DNA of 64,000 nt from an uncultured Gammaproteobacteria bacterium (GCA_964430475.1 CAYSEQ010000003.1:23832-87831); one strand, 5' to 3'; counted from the stretch's first letter, positions 47,665 through 58,176 are shown. The notes: generated by a model from the sequence alone, not told the origin. Made by a program: numbers and translations.

Positions 47665-48830
47665 ATTTTCATCTCTTCGACGATTAACCTTGATAAAAGA
47701 TATGATAGCAAAGACTCAGCACCCTGATTTCGATTTACCCCTTGGGGAGTAAGACCATCAAAACAGCCTCCTGTTTTAGGATTATAAAGAGCCTGGCCTA
47801 AAATATTATTACCCAAAAACCACAAAAAAACTTTACGAAGATACTTTCTAAAGAGGGGCTTTTTAGTGAGCTTATAAGCTTCGGAGAGGGCAAAAATCAT
47901 ATGGCATGCCTCTTCAGGCTGCTGATCAAACAGCGACCTTTCTTTGCCTTTTTTATACCATTTACTCTGTCCGATCGGAACAAAAACATCTCCCCAAAAA
48001 CATTCTTTGCACAAAAACCCCAAAGATTCAATGCCCACGCCTTGACTTTCACTATTACCCGACAATCTTGCATACCTTAGTAAGGAAGCAGGCAGTATGC
48101 CATTGGCATAAGTTAGACTATCCTCAAACCACTTCCAACCGGGGATTGAGCTTTTCTTAAAACTCGAGACTAACCTTTTAGCCAAAAATTTTTTTTGAGC
48201 TGTGTAATTACTGGGTAAGAGAGAAAGGCGGTACAGACAAAACGCAATTGACCTTAAGTGAGAAAATGACTCCAAACATTTGACAATCGTGTCCACAATT
48301 GACTTTGCCCTTTTATTTATGTTTGAGTTCACAAAATAGTTGCTAGCTAGAAGTTCGCACATCGACCAAACAATTCTTCCCTGAGTATCTTCCAAATCCC
48401 ACTCTTTATTAACACCAGAAGCAAGCTTATTTCCGGCAAAATAATTCAAAAACTTACCATCTTCTTGCTTACTTTTTTCAATAATTTTAAGGAAAAAGGA
48501 AGTTTTCTCCCTAAGCTCGCGTTCTTCGATAAACTTGAGTTTAAACAAATAAAGATATGTAACCAGTGCGCGAGTATTATCATCAATCGTATACCCGGAT
48601 CTCAGGTCTGGTTTAGAGGAACTAGTAAATTGAATCAGTCCAAACTCATCAAGCATTCTTTCAAGATGTTTTTTACTTAAAGGTGGCAAAAAGACTCTCG
48701 AATCTGAATTCCGATTGCAGATAAGCCTACAGTACTCATCGGCAACATTATTCCAAAGCATGTTTCTAGTTGCCCTGTAAGCATTCCAGTGCATTTGTTT
48801 TAAGTTCTCTTGGTCTGATAATAAATCCAA
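47661..48830 (-). CDS. hypothetical (alpha/alpha)6-barrel glycoside-hydrolase-like protein
   Basis: Helix-rich 389-aa protein with W/E-containing segments (NQGAESLLSYLLSRL) reminiscent of GDE_C/GH63-type toroids; ATGA overlap with the downstream GH130-like gene. Confidence 0.3.
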   Translation of the reverse strand: MDLLSDQENLKQMHWNAYRATRNMLWNNVADEYCRLICNRNSDSRVFLPPLSKKHLERMLDEFGLIQFTSSSKPDLRSGYTIDDNTRALVTYLYLFKLKFIEERELREKTSFFLKIIEKSKQEDGKFLNYFAGNKLASGVNKEWDLEDTQGRIVWSMCELLASNYFVNSNINKRAKSIVDTIVKCLESFSHLRSIAFCLYRLSLLPSNYTAQKKFLAKRLVSSFKKSSIPGWKWFEDSLTYANGILPASLLRYARLSGNSESQGVGIESLGFLCKECFWGDVFVPIGQSKWYKKGKERSLFDQQPEEACHMIFALSEAYKLTKKPLFRKYLRKVFLWFLGNNILGQALYNPKTGGCFDGLTPQGVNRNQGAESLLSYLLSRLIVEEMKI

Positions 48831-48857
48831 AAATGCTTGAGTTATCGATTCAGGATT

Positions 48858-49877
48858 TTAAGGTTTTACTAGTCTACCCACATCTTTTTTTACTAAATAT
48901 TTTGCCTGTCTAAAGCCTGTGGTATTTACAGCTCTTCCGCTCCCTAATGCATAAGACAAGGTTCCACTTACAGACTGGTCGTGCGCAAGATTACAAATAA
49001 CGCAAACATCCGAGGCCTGGATAAAAGAAAGTAGTTTCCTTAAAGAAAGATAACGATTAATAAACCTCACATTATTCTTAATACCAAGATCGGAAACTTT
49101 TTTCATCAAAAACTTTCTATAACTTTCTCCCTGACTTTGCTTGACAACAGGATGTGTGGCACCTAGAACCACATAAAGAAGATTGGGGTGATGAGCGATA
49201 ACTTGAGGCAGAGCTTGAATAACATACTCAATACCTTTATTTGGATTAAGTAGACCAAAACTTAAGGCTAAAATCTTTCCACTAAACCCCAAATGCTCCT
49301 TGACAAAACCACTTTCCTGAAAAACTACTGGGTGAATTCCATGAGGAATAATGTAAACTTTCTTGCTCGAAACATTTTGATAATTTTTAAGAAGAATTCT
49401 TTTAGAATCCTGCGTCATCACTATAACCTTGTCTGCCCTATCAATAATTTCTTGAGTGAGGCAACGAACTTCTTCTTGGGGTTTGGTAAGGATTGTATGA
49501 AGCACAGCAATGATAGGCTTTCTAATGTGTTTCAAGAATTCCAATAAATTTTTTCCGAACATACCGCCAAAAATACCGTATTCATGCTGGACAACGACGC
49601 AGGCTACACTCTTTCTAGCATTTATTTTCTCAGCCACATCCTTATAATCCTCAACTTTCTCTTGACAAATAGTCCATTCAACTTCTTTTGGATACTTCTT
49701 AATAGGAGAAAAAGGGTCTTCTAGCGCGGCAACTTTTATTCTAACCTGATTAAGGGTGATTTTTTGGATGGCATTAACCAAGTCTTGGCTAAAGGTGGCT
49801 ATCCCGCAACGCCTTGGCGGATAGGTAGTCAAAAAAACTATCTCCAACGCGTTCCCTGCCATAATCTTTTTGTGCAC
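48858..49877 (-). CDS. glycosyltransferase family 4 (GT-B), C-terminally short
   Basis: N-terminal Rossmann half and donor-binding half up to the G-R/K-LV-P motif; ends ~50-60 aa earlier than typical GT4. Confidence 0.65.
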   Translation of the reverse strand: MHKKIMAGNALEIVFLTTYPPRRCGIATFSQDLVNAIQKITLNQVRIKVAALEDPFSPIKKYPKEVEWTICQEKVEDYKDVAEKINARKSVACVVVQHEYGIFGGMFGKNLLEFLKHIRKPIIAVLHTILTKPQEEVRCLTQEIIDRADKVIVMTQDSKRILLKNYQNVSSKKVYIIPHGIHPVVFQESGFVKEHLGFSGKILALSFGLLNPNKGIEYVIQALPQVIAHHPNLLYVVLGATHPVVKQSQGESYRKFLMKKVSDLGIKNNVRFINRYLSLRKLLSFIQASDVCVICNLAHDQSVSGTLSYALGSGRAVNTTGFRQAKYLVKKDVGRLVKP

Positions 49878-50012
49878 TAAACAAAGAATTAAAGTAAAAA
49901 TTCCTTCCTTTAGGAATAACTAAAATAGCCAACAAAAGAAGTCTAGTAAAAATAAGAAATTAAGAAGTAATTTAATAAAATTTCCATACAAGTAACCATA
50001 AAAAATTTTTTA

Positions 50013-51920
50013 TTATTCAACTACTTCGCCTTCTTCCACATCTTCCCTTTCCTTGCCATCTTTATCCTTCTTTCTTTTTTCCTCATCATCCGAAACCTGA
50101 GATTGGGCACTTCCTGGTTGTTGAGCGTACATTGCCTGTCCAATCTGGCTTAAAGTGTCCGATAATTCTTTTGTTGCTGCTTCAATTTCTTCTTTACTTG
50201 CCCCTTCCTTTGCAAGAATATCCTTGACATTCTTAATTTTCTCCTCGACCTTATCCTTAATATCCTTGGGGGCCTTCTCTCCGGCATCTTTGAGCGCCTT
50301 CTCAGCTGCGGCAAGCATTGCGTCAGCTCTGTTTTTGGCCTCCGCTAGTTCAGCCCTTTTCCTATCTTCTTCTTTGTGACGCTCGGCTTCTTCCTGCATC
50401 CTCTTTATTTCTTCTTCAGAAAGGCCTACAGCACCAGTAATCTTGATGTTTTGCGACTTTCCGGTGGCCTTGTCTTTAGCAGTAACCGTCAAAATTCCGT
50501 TTGCATCAATATCAAAGGTAACCTCAATCTGAGGAACTCCACGCGGTGCAGGTGGAATACCATCGAGAATAAATCTTCCCAGGCTTTTGTTATCTGCTGC
50601 CATTGGCCTTTCGCCTTGAGTAACATGAATCTCGACCTGGGTTTGGTTGTCTGCTGCGGTTGAGAATATCTCTGTCTTTGAGGTAGGAATTGTTGTGTTT
50701 CTCGGAATCATAGGTGTTGCAACACCCCCCAGTGTCTCGATTGCCAAAGTCAAAGGGGTAACATCAAGAAGCAAAATATCCTTTACCTCACCTGCCAAAA
50801 CTCCTGCCTGTATTGCAGCACCAACTGCAACGACCTCGTCAGGGTTTACAGACTTGTTTGGTTCTTTGCCAAAATATTCCTTGACCGTCTCGACAACCTT
50901 TGGCATCCTAGTCATTCCTCCTACCAAAATGACTTCGTCAATCTCGTGAGGGTCAAGTTTTGCATCCTTTAAACAAGCCTCCACCGGCTTCATTGTCTTT
51001 TGGATTAGGTCTTCAACCAAACTCTCCAGCTTTGCCCGGGTTAATTTCATCGTAAGGTGCAGTGGTTGTCCATCCTTTTGGGTAATATAAGGTTGGTTTA
51101 TTTCTACCTCTGTTGCTGCTGAAAGCTCGATTTTCGCTTTTTCCGCAGCATCACGAACTCTTTGGAGTGCTTGCTTGTCGGAACGCAAATCCACGGCATA
51201 TTCTTTCTTAAACTCCTCACAAATCCAATCAACAATCCTTTCGTCAAAATCGTCTCCCCCTAGGTGTGTATCTCCGTTGGTAGCCTTTACCTCAAAAACT
51301 CCTTCTCCCAGCTCAAGAATTGAAATATCAAATGTCCCCCCACCTAGGTCGTAAACGGCAATCTTTTGGGCGTTCTTTTTATCAAGCCCATAAGCCAAGG
51401 ACGCGGCAGTTGGTTCATTTATTATCCTTTCGACTTTGAATCCCGCGATCTCTCCAGCTTGTTTGGTTGCCTGTCTTTGAGCATCGTCAAAATAAGCAGG
51501 TACTGTAATGACAGCCCTTTCTACGGTTTCTCCAAGGTAAGCTTCGGCATCCTTTTTCAACTTCATTAGTATCCTTGCAGATATCTCCTGTGGGGTATAT
51601 TCCTTCCCCTCAACTTCAACGACCGCCATTCTGTCTTTTCCTGCCTTTATGGTGTAGGGGACCATCTTCTTTGTTCTTTCTACCTCAGGATCGTCAATCC
51701 TTCGTCCCATGAGTCTTTTTATTGAATAAATAGTATTCTTGGGGTTTAGTATCATCTGCCTTTTGGCAACGTCTCCCACTAGATTCTTTACCGGCTCAAC
51801 AACTGACGGGGTAATGTTTCTGCCGGTGTCGGAGGCTGGAATCACTTTGGGTTGTCCTGCCTCCATTACAGCAACGACTGAATTAGTCGTACCTAAATCA
51901 ATTCCAACTATTTTTGACAT
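50013..51920 (-). CDS. dnaK: chaperone DnaK (Hsp70)
   Basis: [16 protein letters not shown], acidic EEVE-type C-terminus; 635 aa. Confidence 0.95.
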   Translation of the reverse strand: MSKIVGIDLGTTNSVVAVMEAGQPKVIPASDTGRNITPSVVEPVKNLVGDVAKRQMILNPKNTIYSIKRLMGRRIDDPEVERTKKMVPYTIKAGKDRMAVVEVEGKEYTPQEISARILMKLKKDAEAYLGETVERAVITVPAYFDDAQRQATKQAGEIAGFKVERIINEPTAASLAYGLDKKNAQKIAVYDLGGGTFDISILELGEGVFEVKATNGDTHLGGDDFDERIVDWICEEFKKEYAVDLRSDKQALQRVRDAAEKAKIELSAATEVEINQPYITQKDGQPLHLTMKLTRAKLESLVEDLIQKTMKPVEACLKDAKLDPHEIDEVILVGGMTRMPKVVETVKEYFGKEPNKSVNPDEVVAVGAAIQAGVLAGEVKDILLLDVTPLTLAIETLGGVATPMIPRNTTIPTSKTEIFSTAADNQTQVEIHVTQGERPMAADNKSLGRFILDGIPPAPRGVPQIEVTFDIDANGILTVTAKDKATGKSQNIKITGAVGLSEEEIKRMQEEAERHKEEDRKRAELAEAKNRADAMLAAAEKALKDAGEKAPKDIKDKVEEKIKNVKDILAKEGASKEEIEAATKELSDTLSQIGQAMYAQQPGSAQSQVSDDEEKRKKDKDGKEREDVEEGEVVE

Positions 51921-51956
51921 ATTTATTTATAAATCCTAAATACTAATTTCTAAATC

Positions 51957-52460
51957 CTAAACATACTCTCCTCGAGAAATCTCTTTCTCCAACTCCTTTT
52001 CTTTTTCAATCTTTTCAGCGTAGACCTTAACCTTTGCAATCCTTATAACCGGTCCGTCACTATACTTCCAACCCGGCAAAATGGTCTCTGCAATTTGACC
52101 GTGCTTTCCTCCGTCAACTGATTCTACCGCTTCGTGCAGCTCTGGATTAAAATCTTCACCTTTTTTGGGATTTATCTCTTCTATTCCTTCCTCTCTTAAA
52201 ACATTTTTAAACTGATCTATCGCCATTGCTAGACCTTGATCTTTGAGGTGATCTTGAGCAGATTCCAGTATATCCAAAATAGGCAAAAATTTAACTACTA
52301 ACCTTTGGGAGGCAAATTTAGATAAGATTTCCCGCTCTGCCTCGGTCCTTTTCCTTAAATTATCATAATCTGCCAAAGCTCTAGCAAGCTGATTTTTCAA
52401 TTCCTCAAGTTTTTCACTTTTTGATTCTGTCTTTACTTTTTTCCTTGTCATCGCTTGCAA
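51957..52460 (-). CDS. grpE: nucleotide exchange factor GrpE
   Basis: Coiled-coil N-terminus, C-terminal beta domain; sits between hrcA and dnaK. Confidence 0.85.
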   Translation of the reverse strand: MQAMTRKKVKTESKSEKLEELKNQLARALADYDNLRKRTEAEREILSKFASQRLVVKFLPILDILESAQDHLKDQGLAMAIDQFKNVLREEGIEEINPKKGEDFNPELHEAVESVDGGKHGQIAETILPGWKYSDGPVIRIAKVKVYAEKIEKEKELEKEISRGEYV

Positions 52461-53182
52461 GCCTCCTCAATAACATCTCCCAAAAACCTCACGGCTGGAA
52501 TTACTTTCGGATAAGAAAGTCTTGCTGGTCCTATGACCCCAAGCGCTCCGCGTTTCCCAAAAATCTCAAAATGCGTTGCCACAATTCCAACAGGTCTAAA
52601 ACCCGGCCAACCCAACTCCTCTCCAAAAATAACTTCAACGGGAGAAGTTCCGGTCATTCTTTCAAATAAAAGTTCATGTATTCTTCTTACCTCCTCAAGT
52701 AGTGAGAAGAGTGAAACAGTGGCTTGTAGGTCAGTAAATTCAGGGTTTAAAAAAACATTAGAATATCCAGCATGCCATACTTTTTCTTCACTATCAAGAG
52801 CAGCAACAGCCAAAGACTGAGTTATTTTAGAAAGCTCCTGCGTTGCCTCTTCCATAAGTCTGTTGATATCCTCTTTTGCGCTCAAAACATCCTCTTTAAC
52901 CTTTACCTCTTCAGCAACACTTAGGGTTTTTTCTTCCATCAATTGATCAATATAAAACTTCATCGCTTTCGGAGTAGGCATTCTACCTGCAGAGGTATGA
53001 GGCTGTCTTAAATAACCCATCTGAGTAAGCATAGACATTTCATTCCTTATCGTAGCTGGAGAAACACCTAAGTTATATTTTTTTTCCAAAGCCTCAGATC
53101 CCACTGGTTCGGCTGTGGCAATATATTCATCAACCAAAGCTTTAAGGATTTGTATTTGTCTTGCAGTTAAGGCGTCACTCAT
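52448..53182 (-). CDS. hrcA: heat-inducible transcription repressor HrcA (short)
   Basis: N-terminal winged helix (LTARQIQILKALVDEYIATAEPVGS); hrcA-grpE-dnaK order; 244 aa. Confidence 0.8.
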   Translation of the reverse strand: MSDALTARQIQILKALVDEYIATAEPVGSEALEKKYNLGVSPATIRNEMSMLTQMGYLRQPHTSAGRMPTPKAMKFYIDQLMEEKTLSVAEEVKVKEDVLSAKEDINRLMEEATQELSKITQSLAVAALDSEEKVWHAGYSNVFLNPEFTDLQATVSLFSLLEEVRRIHELLFERMTGTSPVEVIFGEELGWPGFRPVGIVATHFEIFGKRGALGVIGPARLSYPKVIPAVRFLGDVIEEACKR

Positions 53183-53191
53183 AACTACCCA

Positions 53192-53218
53192 TTAGCAGTA
53201 AAATAACATGAGTGCTAA
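53192..53218. promoter_or_regulatory. CIRCE-like operator (one half-site perfect, other degenerate) 10 nt upstream of hrcA
   Basis: Seen: minus-sense TTAGCACTC-atgttatttt-ACTGCTAA. Confidence 0.6.
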
Positions 53219-53238
53219 TTAATGTCAAGTCCCTTAAG

Positions 53239-54969
53239 TTAATTGGATGTATCTGTCGGCGGAGGCACGAGAGGCTCTTGCTCCTTTTTGGGAATTGGAG
53301 AAACTTTTCTTCGGATAAAGAGGCGTTTTATCAAATTAAAAAAGTTCCAAACTTGTTCTGATCCGAGAATGATTGAAATTCCCAAGTAAGTTATACCTCC
53401 GACCAAAGCTACAATCAAGGTTAAAATCATTAAATTTAGAGTATATCTGGTATCCAAAACGAATTTCTCGAATGGAAAGTTTTTGGTAGCGTCAATTGTT
53501 GCAATAAACGAAAGCCTTTTAACCCAAACACTTTTATCAAAAAATTTGAGAATAAAAAACATCACCCCTCCTGCAACTAAAGAGGCAAAACCTGATTTAA
53601 GGATAGGGGAAAGCATCTTAAAAAGTGAGTGATCGCCTATCCTTTTATTAATTAAGTAAAAAAGTGCTAAAGATTGTATTCCACTGCCGAACGAAAAGCT
53701 TGCAGCTAAACCCCAAACATTTATCCCCAAAATTTCTATCAAGATATAATCCATTGCTATTACAAAAATGATTGAAGAAATGGAAACTATTACTGGGGTT
53801 TTGGTATCGTGAAGGGCATAAAAAGCTCTTGCCAATAGGCTGGAAACTGATTGAAAAATAATTCCAGGGGCAAAGGCACTCACAACATACCCTGTTTGGA
53901 CCGTTGCTTCCCAACTAAAAACATCTGTACCATAGATAATTCTTACGATTGGAATTCTTAGAACCATTAACATAGTCGCAATAGGGGTAATGAAAAAACA
54001 AACATCGTAAAGAGCTGAGAAAAGAATCTTTTTAAATCTTGCAGGAGAAGCAGTTTCCCTTGCAAGAGTAGGGAGGGCAGCTTTTGCGATTGATGTTCCA
54101 AAAAGTCCTACTGGCACTAGTTGAAGAGTATTACCAAAAGTATAGTAGGTGTAGGAGGCAGTCGAAATTAGGGAAGAGAAAAAAAGCTCAGCGGATTTAG
54201 AAATTTGTAGAAAAAAAGTCTCTAAAATCCTAGGAAGGGCAAGTTTTGCAATTTTCTTCACCTCCTTTGTTAACGAAAAACTCGGTACAAATCGAAATCC
54301 AAGTCTAATCGCAAGGGGAAGCTGAACTAAAAAATGAGCACTCGCACCCAAAACTACCCCAAAGGTGGGAGCAAACAAATTTAGTTTATCTGCGAAAAGA
54401 AAAGTACCTAAGATTATACCAAGATTATAAAAAAGTGGGGCCAAGGCTGGTATCAAGAACCTCCGAAGAGACTCCAAAACGCCAGTTAAAACATAGCTTA
54501 TTACAAAAAATCCCTGGGCAGCAAAAAGTATCTTGGCAATTGTGGCTATTTTCAGTATCTCCTCATCGCTAAATCCAGGAGCTATAAAGTTGTATATAAA
54601 ATGCGCAAAAGTTGCAAGCATGAAAGCAGTGACTATAAAAATCAAAAGTCCAATATTTGCTACTATCCCCGCTGTCCTCCAAGCTTTATCTTTCCCTCCC
54701 ACTTTAAGAGTATGAGTAAAGACTGGAATAAAAGCGGATGCAAAGGTTCCAAAAACCAAAACCTCGAAAACAAGATCCGGAAGTCTAAAGGCCGCAAAAA
54801 AAAGAGAAAGTTCACTCGGAGAAAAGAAATGTGCAAGTACTCTTTGTCTAACCAATCCCAGAAGCCTCGAGACAACAACCATCAACATGATAATCGAGGC
54901 GGCAGAAAGAACAGATTCTTGGGGACGCGTTAATAACTCTTTACTTTTTTTTAAGAAATTTCCAAACAT
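53239..54969 (-). CDS. murJ: lipid II flippase MurJ (MviN)
   Basis: 14-TM MOP-family pattern; N-terminal LLGLVRQRVLAHFF...; 576 aa. Confidence 0.8.
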   Translation of the reverse strand: MFGNFLKKSKELLTRPQESVLSAASIIMLMVVVSRLLGLVRQRVLAHFFSPSELSLFFAAFRLPDLVFEVLVFGTFASAFIPVFTHTLKVGGKDKAWRTAGIVANIGLLIFIVTAFMLATFAHFIYNFIAPGFSDEEILKIATIAKILFAAQGFFVISYVLTGVLESLRRFLIPALAPLFYNLGIILGTFLFADKLNLFAPTFGVVLGASAHFLVQLPLAIRLGFRFVPSFSLTKEVKKIAKLALPRILETFFLQISKSAELFFSSLISTASYTYYTFGNTLQLVPVGLFGTSIAKAALPTLARETASPARFKKILFSALYDVCFFITPIATMLMVLRIPIVRIIYGTDVFSWEATVQTGYVVSAFAPGIIFQSVSSLLARAFYALHDTKTPVIVSISSIIFVIAMDYILIEILGINVWGLAASFSFGSGIQSLALFYLINKRIGDHSLFKMLSPILKSGFASLVAGGVMFFILKFFDKSVWVKRLSFIATIDATKNFPFEKFVLDTRYTLNLMILTLIVALVGGITYLGISIILGSEQVWNFFNLIKRLFIRRKVSPIPKKEQEPLVPPPTDTSN

Positions 54970-55039
54970 ATTATTGCTATTACTTTGTTTTTAAAGTATA
55001 CTCATAATCTAATTCATGTGAATAGGATCTTTTTTTTGA

Positions 55040-55318
55040 TTGAAAAATATGCCTGTAACTAGAACAGCAAAACGCGCCTTAAGGTCGTCACAGCGCAAGC
55101 ATCTTGTCAACAAAAGTATTATTTCGCATCTTGAAATTGCTATAAGGCTTGCAAGAAAATCAAAAGGGCTTAACGACATAAAAAAGGCAATCTCATTAGC
55201 AGATAAAGCTGCGAAAAAACACGTTATACACAAAAGGAAAGCGGCAAGAATAAAATCGAAGCTTTCAAAACTTTTGTTATCACCCAAAACAAAAAAATCC
55301 TCCACCAAAAAAAGGTAG
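55040..55318 (+). CDS. rpsT: 30S ribosomal protein S20 (bS20)
   Basis: 92-aa Lys/Arg-rich helical protein with SAKKRxxQS-type start (VTRTAKRALRSSQRKHLVNKS). Confidence 0.8.
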   Translation: MKNMPVTRTAKRALRSSQRKHLVNKSIISHLEIAIRLARKSKGLNDIKKAISLADKAAKKHVIHKRKAARIKSKLSKLLLSPKTKKSSTKKR

Positions 55319-55430
55319 CTTTTTAAAAATCTCTTACTGTGATATATTGATATAGACTTGGCAAAATTTTGACTACATAAATTATAAATACTAAAAATTT
55401 AGGGTTTATGAAAATTTAGAGAAAAAATTA

Positions 55431-55976
55431 ATGGCTGCCCGAAAAGACCAAATAAATCTTCTACCAGGCTTGGGTTTTGAGGCAACAACGACAGGCAGAA
55501 TTCTTGCCTGGCTTCTTTCAACCTTTAGAGTAATTGTGATTATCACAGAAATTATAGTGATGGCCGCGTTTATATCAAGGTTCTGGTTTGATACCAAAGT
55601 TACGGATCTTTCAGATGAAATTAAAGAAAAAACAGCAATCTTATCATCGTATTCTAACTTTGAAAAAGAGTTTAAGGATACACAAACAAGATTGAAAATT
55701 TTCTCAGATTTTACAAAAGACGAGGACATGCTTCCAAAAACACTAAATACCATCACCTCTTTTCTTCCTACTGACCTTTTTTTGACCTCGCTTTCTTTAA
55801 GTGAAAATTCACTAGAACTTTTAGGTTCAACGCCCAATGAAAGAAGTATTCAACAATTTATTACCAATCTTTATTCAACAGAGCAATTTGAGGAGATAAA
55901 TATCGTTGACTTGCAATCAAACATTAAAACTGAGAATCTTTTAGATTTTAAGATAACAGCAAAACTTAAAAAATAA
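55431..55976 (+). CDS. pilN: type IV pilus assembly protein PilN-like
   Basis: N-terminal INLLP motif, single TM, periplasmic coiled-coil and C-terminal domain pattern (LPTDLFLTSLSLSENSLELLGST). Confidence 0.6.
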   Translation: MAARKDQINLLPGLGFEATTTGRILAWLLSTFRVIVIITEIIVMAAFISRFWFDTKVTDLSDEIKEKTAILSSYSNFEKEFKDTQTRLKIFSDFTKDEDMLPKTLNTITSFLPTDLFLTSLSLSENSLELLGSTPNERSIQQFITNLYSTEQFEEINIVDLQSNIKTENLLDFKITAKLKK

Positions 55977-55980
55977 AAAT

Positions 55981-56646
55981 ATGAATCCGGGTTGGAGGTC
56001 AAGCTACATAAGATATAAATCTTACTTCCTAAATGTGATGGCGAGATATCGCGAACGTGCAGATGTCAAGGCGTACTTAGAAATTCTACTCTCACTAGCC
56101 ACAATCTCAATTCTCGCTATTTTTGCATTAAAACCAACTCTGGTGACTATTTCTCAATTAATTAAAGAGATTGAAGCAAAAAAGGAGGCGCTTACTAAGA
56201 TGAATGAAAAGATTCAAAACTTAAGTAGGGCACAAAATCTTTACGAGAAAGAAAAATCCAAAATTTTACTTCTTTCAAGTGCAATTCCTGAAAAAGCAGC
56301 CCCTGAGTTATTTGCACGACAAATTCAGGGTTTGGCTGACAAACATAAGGTAGACGTCCCCTCACTCGGAATTCAGGGTGGTGTAATTTTGGGAGGGCAA
56401 TCTTTACCAAGAAGCCCAGAAACCTCTCAGTCCAAAGAAAATGTAAATGAATTGAAATTTTCGATTAATGTCGACTCCTCCCTAGAAGGATATATTCGAC
56501 TTGTTAATTTCCTCACAGACCTCGAAAAGCTAAGGACAGTCAACAAAATTGATTCTTTGAAAATTGCGACCATTACCAAAAATAACCAAAAGTCTTTGTT
56601 AATGTCTATAAACGGTAATCTACCATATTACTTTAAACAACAATGA
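55981..56646 (+). CDS. pilO: type IV pilus assembly protein PilO-like
   Basis: TM, coiled-coil, C-terminal domain with GYIRLVNFLTDLEKLRTVNKIDSLKI pattern; follows pilN with a 4-nt gap. Confidence 0.45.
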   Translation: MNPGWRSSYIRYKSYFLNVMARYRERADVKAYLEILLSLATISILAIFALKPTLVTISQLIKEIEAKKEALTKMNEKIQNLSRAQNLYEKEKSKILLLSSAIPEKAAPELFARQIQGLADKHKVDVPSLGIQGGVILGGQSLPRSPETSQSKENVNELKFSINVDSSLEGYIRLVNFLTDLEKLRTVNKIDSLKIATITKNNQKSLLMSINGNLPYYFKQQ

Positions 56647-56999
56647 TGAAACCAAAAGCACCTAGACTAGTCACGGTTGCGATTCTAACTACTATTACCA
56701 TTATCTTTTGGGTTTTTTTTGATGTTTATAGAATTTTGACCGCACCTTCAAAAATAGATATAGACCCAAAACTTCTTGAACCCTTTGATCCCTCTTTGGA
56801 CTTAGATTCACTAGACAAACTCGAAAATAGGTTATTTTTTGAGGAAGGAGAAACCAGCGAATTTCCACTAGAAAAAACACCAACAATTACACCGCCTACC
56901 ACTCCAACCTCTACCCTGTCAGGACAGTTGAGTGGTTATTTACCTATTGATAAACAAAGTGGTAATAGCTTATTATTAATTTGTACATTCTTTTCTTAA
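56643..56999 (+). CDS. hypothetical small membrane protein (118 aa) with Pro/Thr-rich tail
   Basis: ORF overlapping the pilO stop; N-terminal TM. Confidence 0.3.
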   Translation: MMKPKAPRLVTVAILTTITIIFWVFFDVYRILTAPSKIDIDPKLLEPFDPSLDLDSLDKLENRLFFEEGETSEFPLEKTPTITPPTTPTSTLSGQLSGYLPIDKQSGNSLLLICTFFS

Positions 57000-57005
57000 C
57001 TAATT

Positions 57006-57692
57006 ATGCCGGTTAAAGACAATCAACAAAATTTACCAAATACCCCATTATCAACCAATCCTAAGGGGCAGACAGATTATCCTACCTTCATACCTCACCA
57101 AGAAGTTTCCCAAAATGACAAGGAAACTACCCTTGATCCTCAAAACTCCCAAAATACAATGGCGGAAAATCTTGGAACCCCACCAAGCCCTCCATCAAAT
57201 CCGCCCGGGACATCCGATCCCCAGGATTTTGTAATCTCCCCTCACAACCCAAGAAAAAATTCTGGAAAAAAGATCATCGCGACAATCTTCGGAGTTTTAA
57301 TTCTCATAGGAGGTATTTCTGCAGGAGTACTACTTGTCCAAAGAAATCAGGAAATAAGAGAAAGGGCTGCCATTCCTACACCACCCTCAAGTGCAAGATG
57401 CATAGGAGTAAGAGCTTATGACACTAACTGGAATTTGTTAACTCAAGAGGACCTTTCAAGATTAAGACCTGGGGATAAGGTTTACTTCGCGGTTTCTGGC
57501 ACTGCTACTTCAGGAACTTTTGATAAAGCTAGATTTACTATTAACGGTGTCCAAAGAAAAGAGGTTACCACAAGGACACCAAATTCCGCCTTAGAATTTT
57601 ACGACGAATACATCATTCCTCAAGGAATACCAGGAACTAACAACTTTACAGTGAAAGGAGAGATTCATCACACGGAACTAGGTTGGATTTAG
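57006..57692 (+). CDS. hypothetical bitopic membrane protein (disordered N-terminus, TM, ~110-aa extracellular domain)
   Basis: ORF; TM IIATIFGVLILIGGISAGVLLV. Confidence 0.35.
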   Translation: MPVKDNQQNLPNTPLSTNPKGQTDYPTFIPHQEVSQNDKETTLDPQNSQNTMAENLGTPPSPPSNPPGTSDPQDFVISPHNPRKNSGKKIIATIFGVLILIGGISAGVLLVQRNQEIRERAAIPTPPSSARCIGVRAYDTNWNLLTQEDLSRLRPGDKVYFAVSGTATSGTFDKARFTINGVQRKEVTTRTPNSALEFYDEYIIPQGIPGTNNFTVKGEIHHTELGWI

Positions 57693-57717
57693 AAAATTAA
57701 TATCAAAAACAAATTTT

Positions 57718-58176
57718 ATGAAAGAATTTTTTAAAACAAAATTCATTACACTCCTTGTTGTTTCTGCGACAATAATTTTAACATTTGTTGCAGTTTTTAC
57801 AGCCTGGAAATTGTATCAAACAACAAAGCTAAGTCCTGAGGAATCTTTGGGTCAAGAAGGAGTCCCAATATATTCCTGTACGACCATTACTTTTAGTATC
57901 TCAACAAACCAACCAACGCCCACAACACCCATAGAACCAACACGACCAATTCCCACACCAACGCCAACTCCTCTGGCGCAAAGAAATACACCAACGCCAA
58001 CTCCTCTGGCGCAAAGAAATACACCAACGCCAACTCCCTCTATAAGAACCACCACACCCACTCCAACTCCAACTCCCGCTTCACTCCCACAAGCTGGAAT
58101 TATTTCACCTACACTATCGGCCCTGGGCTTAGGAATTCTGGTAATAGCAACATCGCTTGCTTTGTTAATTTTTTAG
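57718..58176 (+). CDS. Pro/Thr-repeat surface protein with LPQAG plus C-terminal hydrophobic segment (sortase-substrate-like)
   Basis: N-terminal signal-anchor, TPTPTPLAQRN tandem repeats, LPQAG followed by a 25-aa hydrophobic stretch at the extreme C-terminus. Confidence 0.5.
   Translation: MKEFFKTKFITLLVVSATIILTFVAVFTAWKLYQTTKLSPEESLGQEGVPIYSCTTITFSISTNQPTPTTPIEPTRPIPTPTPTPLAQRNTPTPTPLAQRNTPTPTPSIRTTTPTPTPTPASLPQAGIISPTLSALGLGILVIATSLALLIF
57958..58040 (+). repeat. perfect 33-bp tandem repeat (2.5 copies) inside the PT-repeat protein
   Basis: ccaacgccaactcctctggcgcaaagaaataca repeated exactly twice, then a partial copy. Confidence 0.8.

Noticed and set aside
55009-55837. Minus-strand ORFs 55009-55308 and 55406-55837
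   Set aside because: They overlap the well-supported plus-strand rpsT and pilN genes and translate to low-complexity sequence with no homology.
57852-58061. Minus-strand ORF encoding GVGVGV-rich peptide
   Set aside because: It is the reverse-complement shadow of the Pro/Thr tandem repeat in the plus-strand surface protein, so it is an artefact of repeat symmetry.
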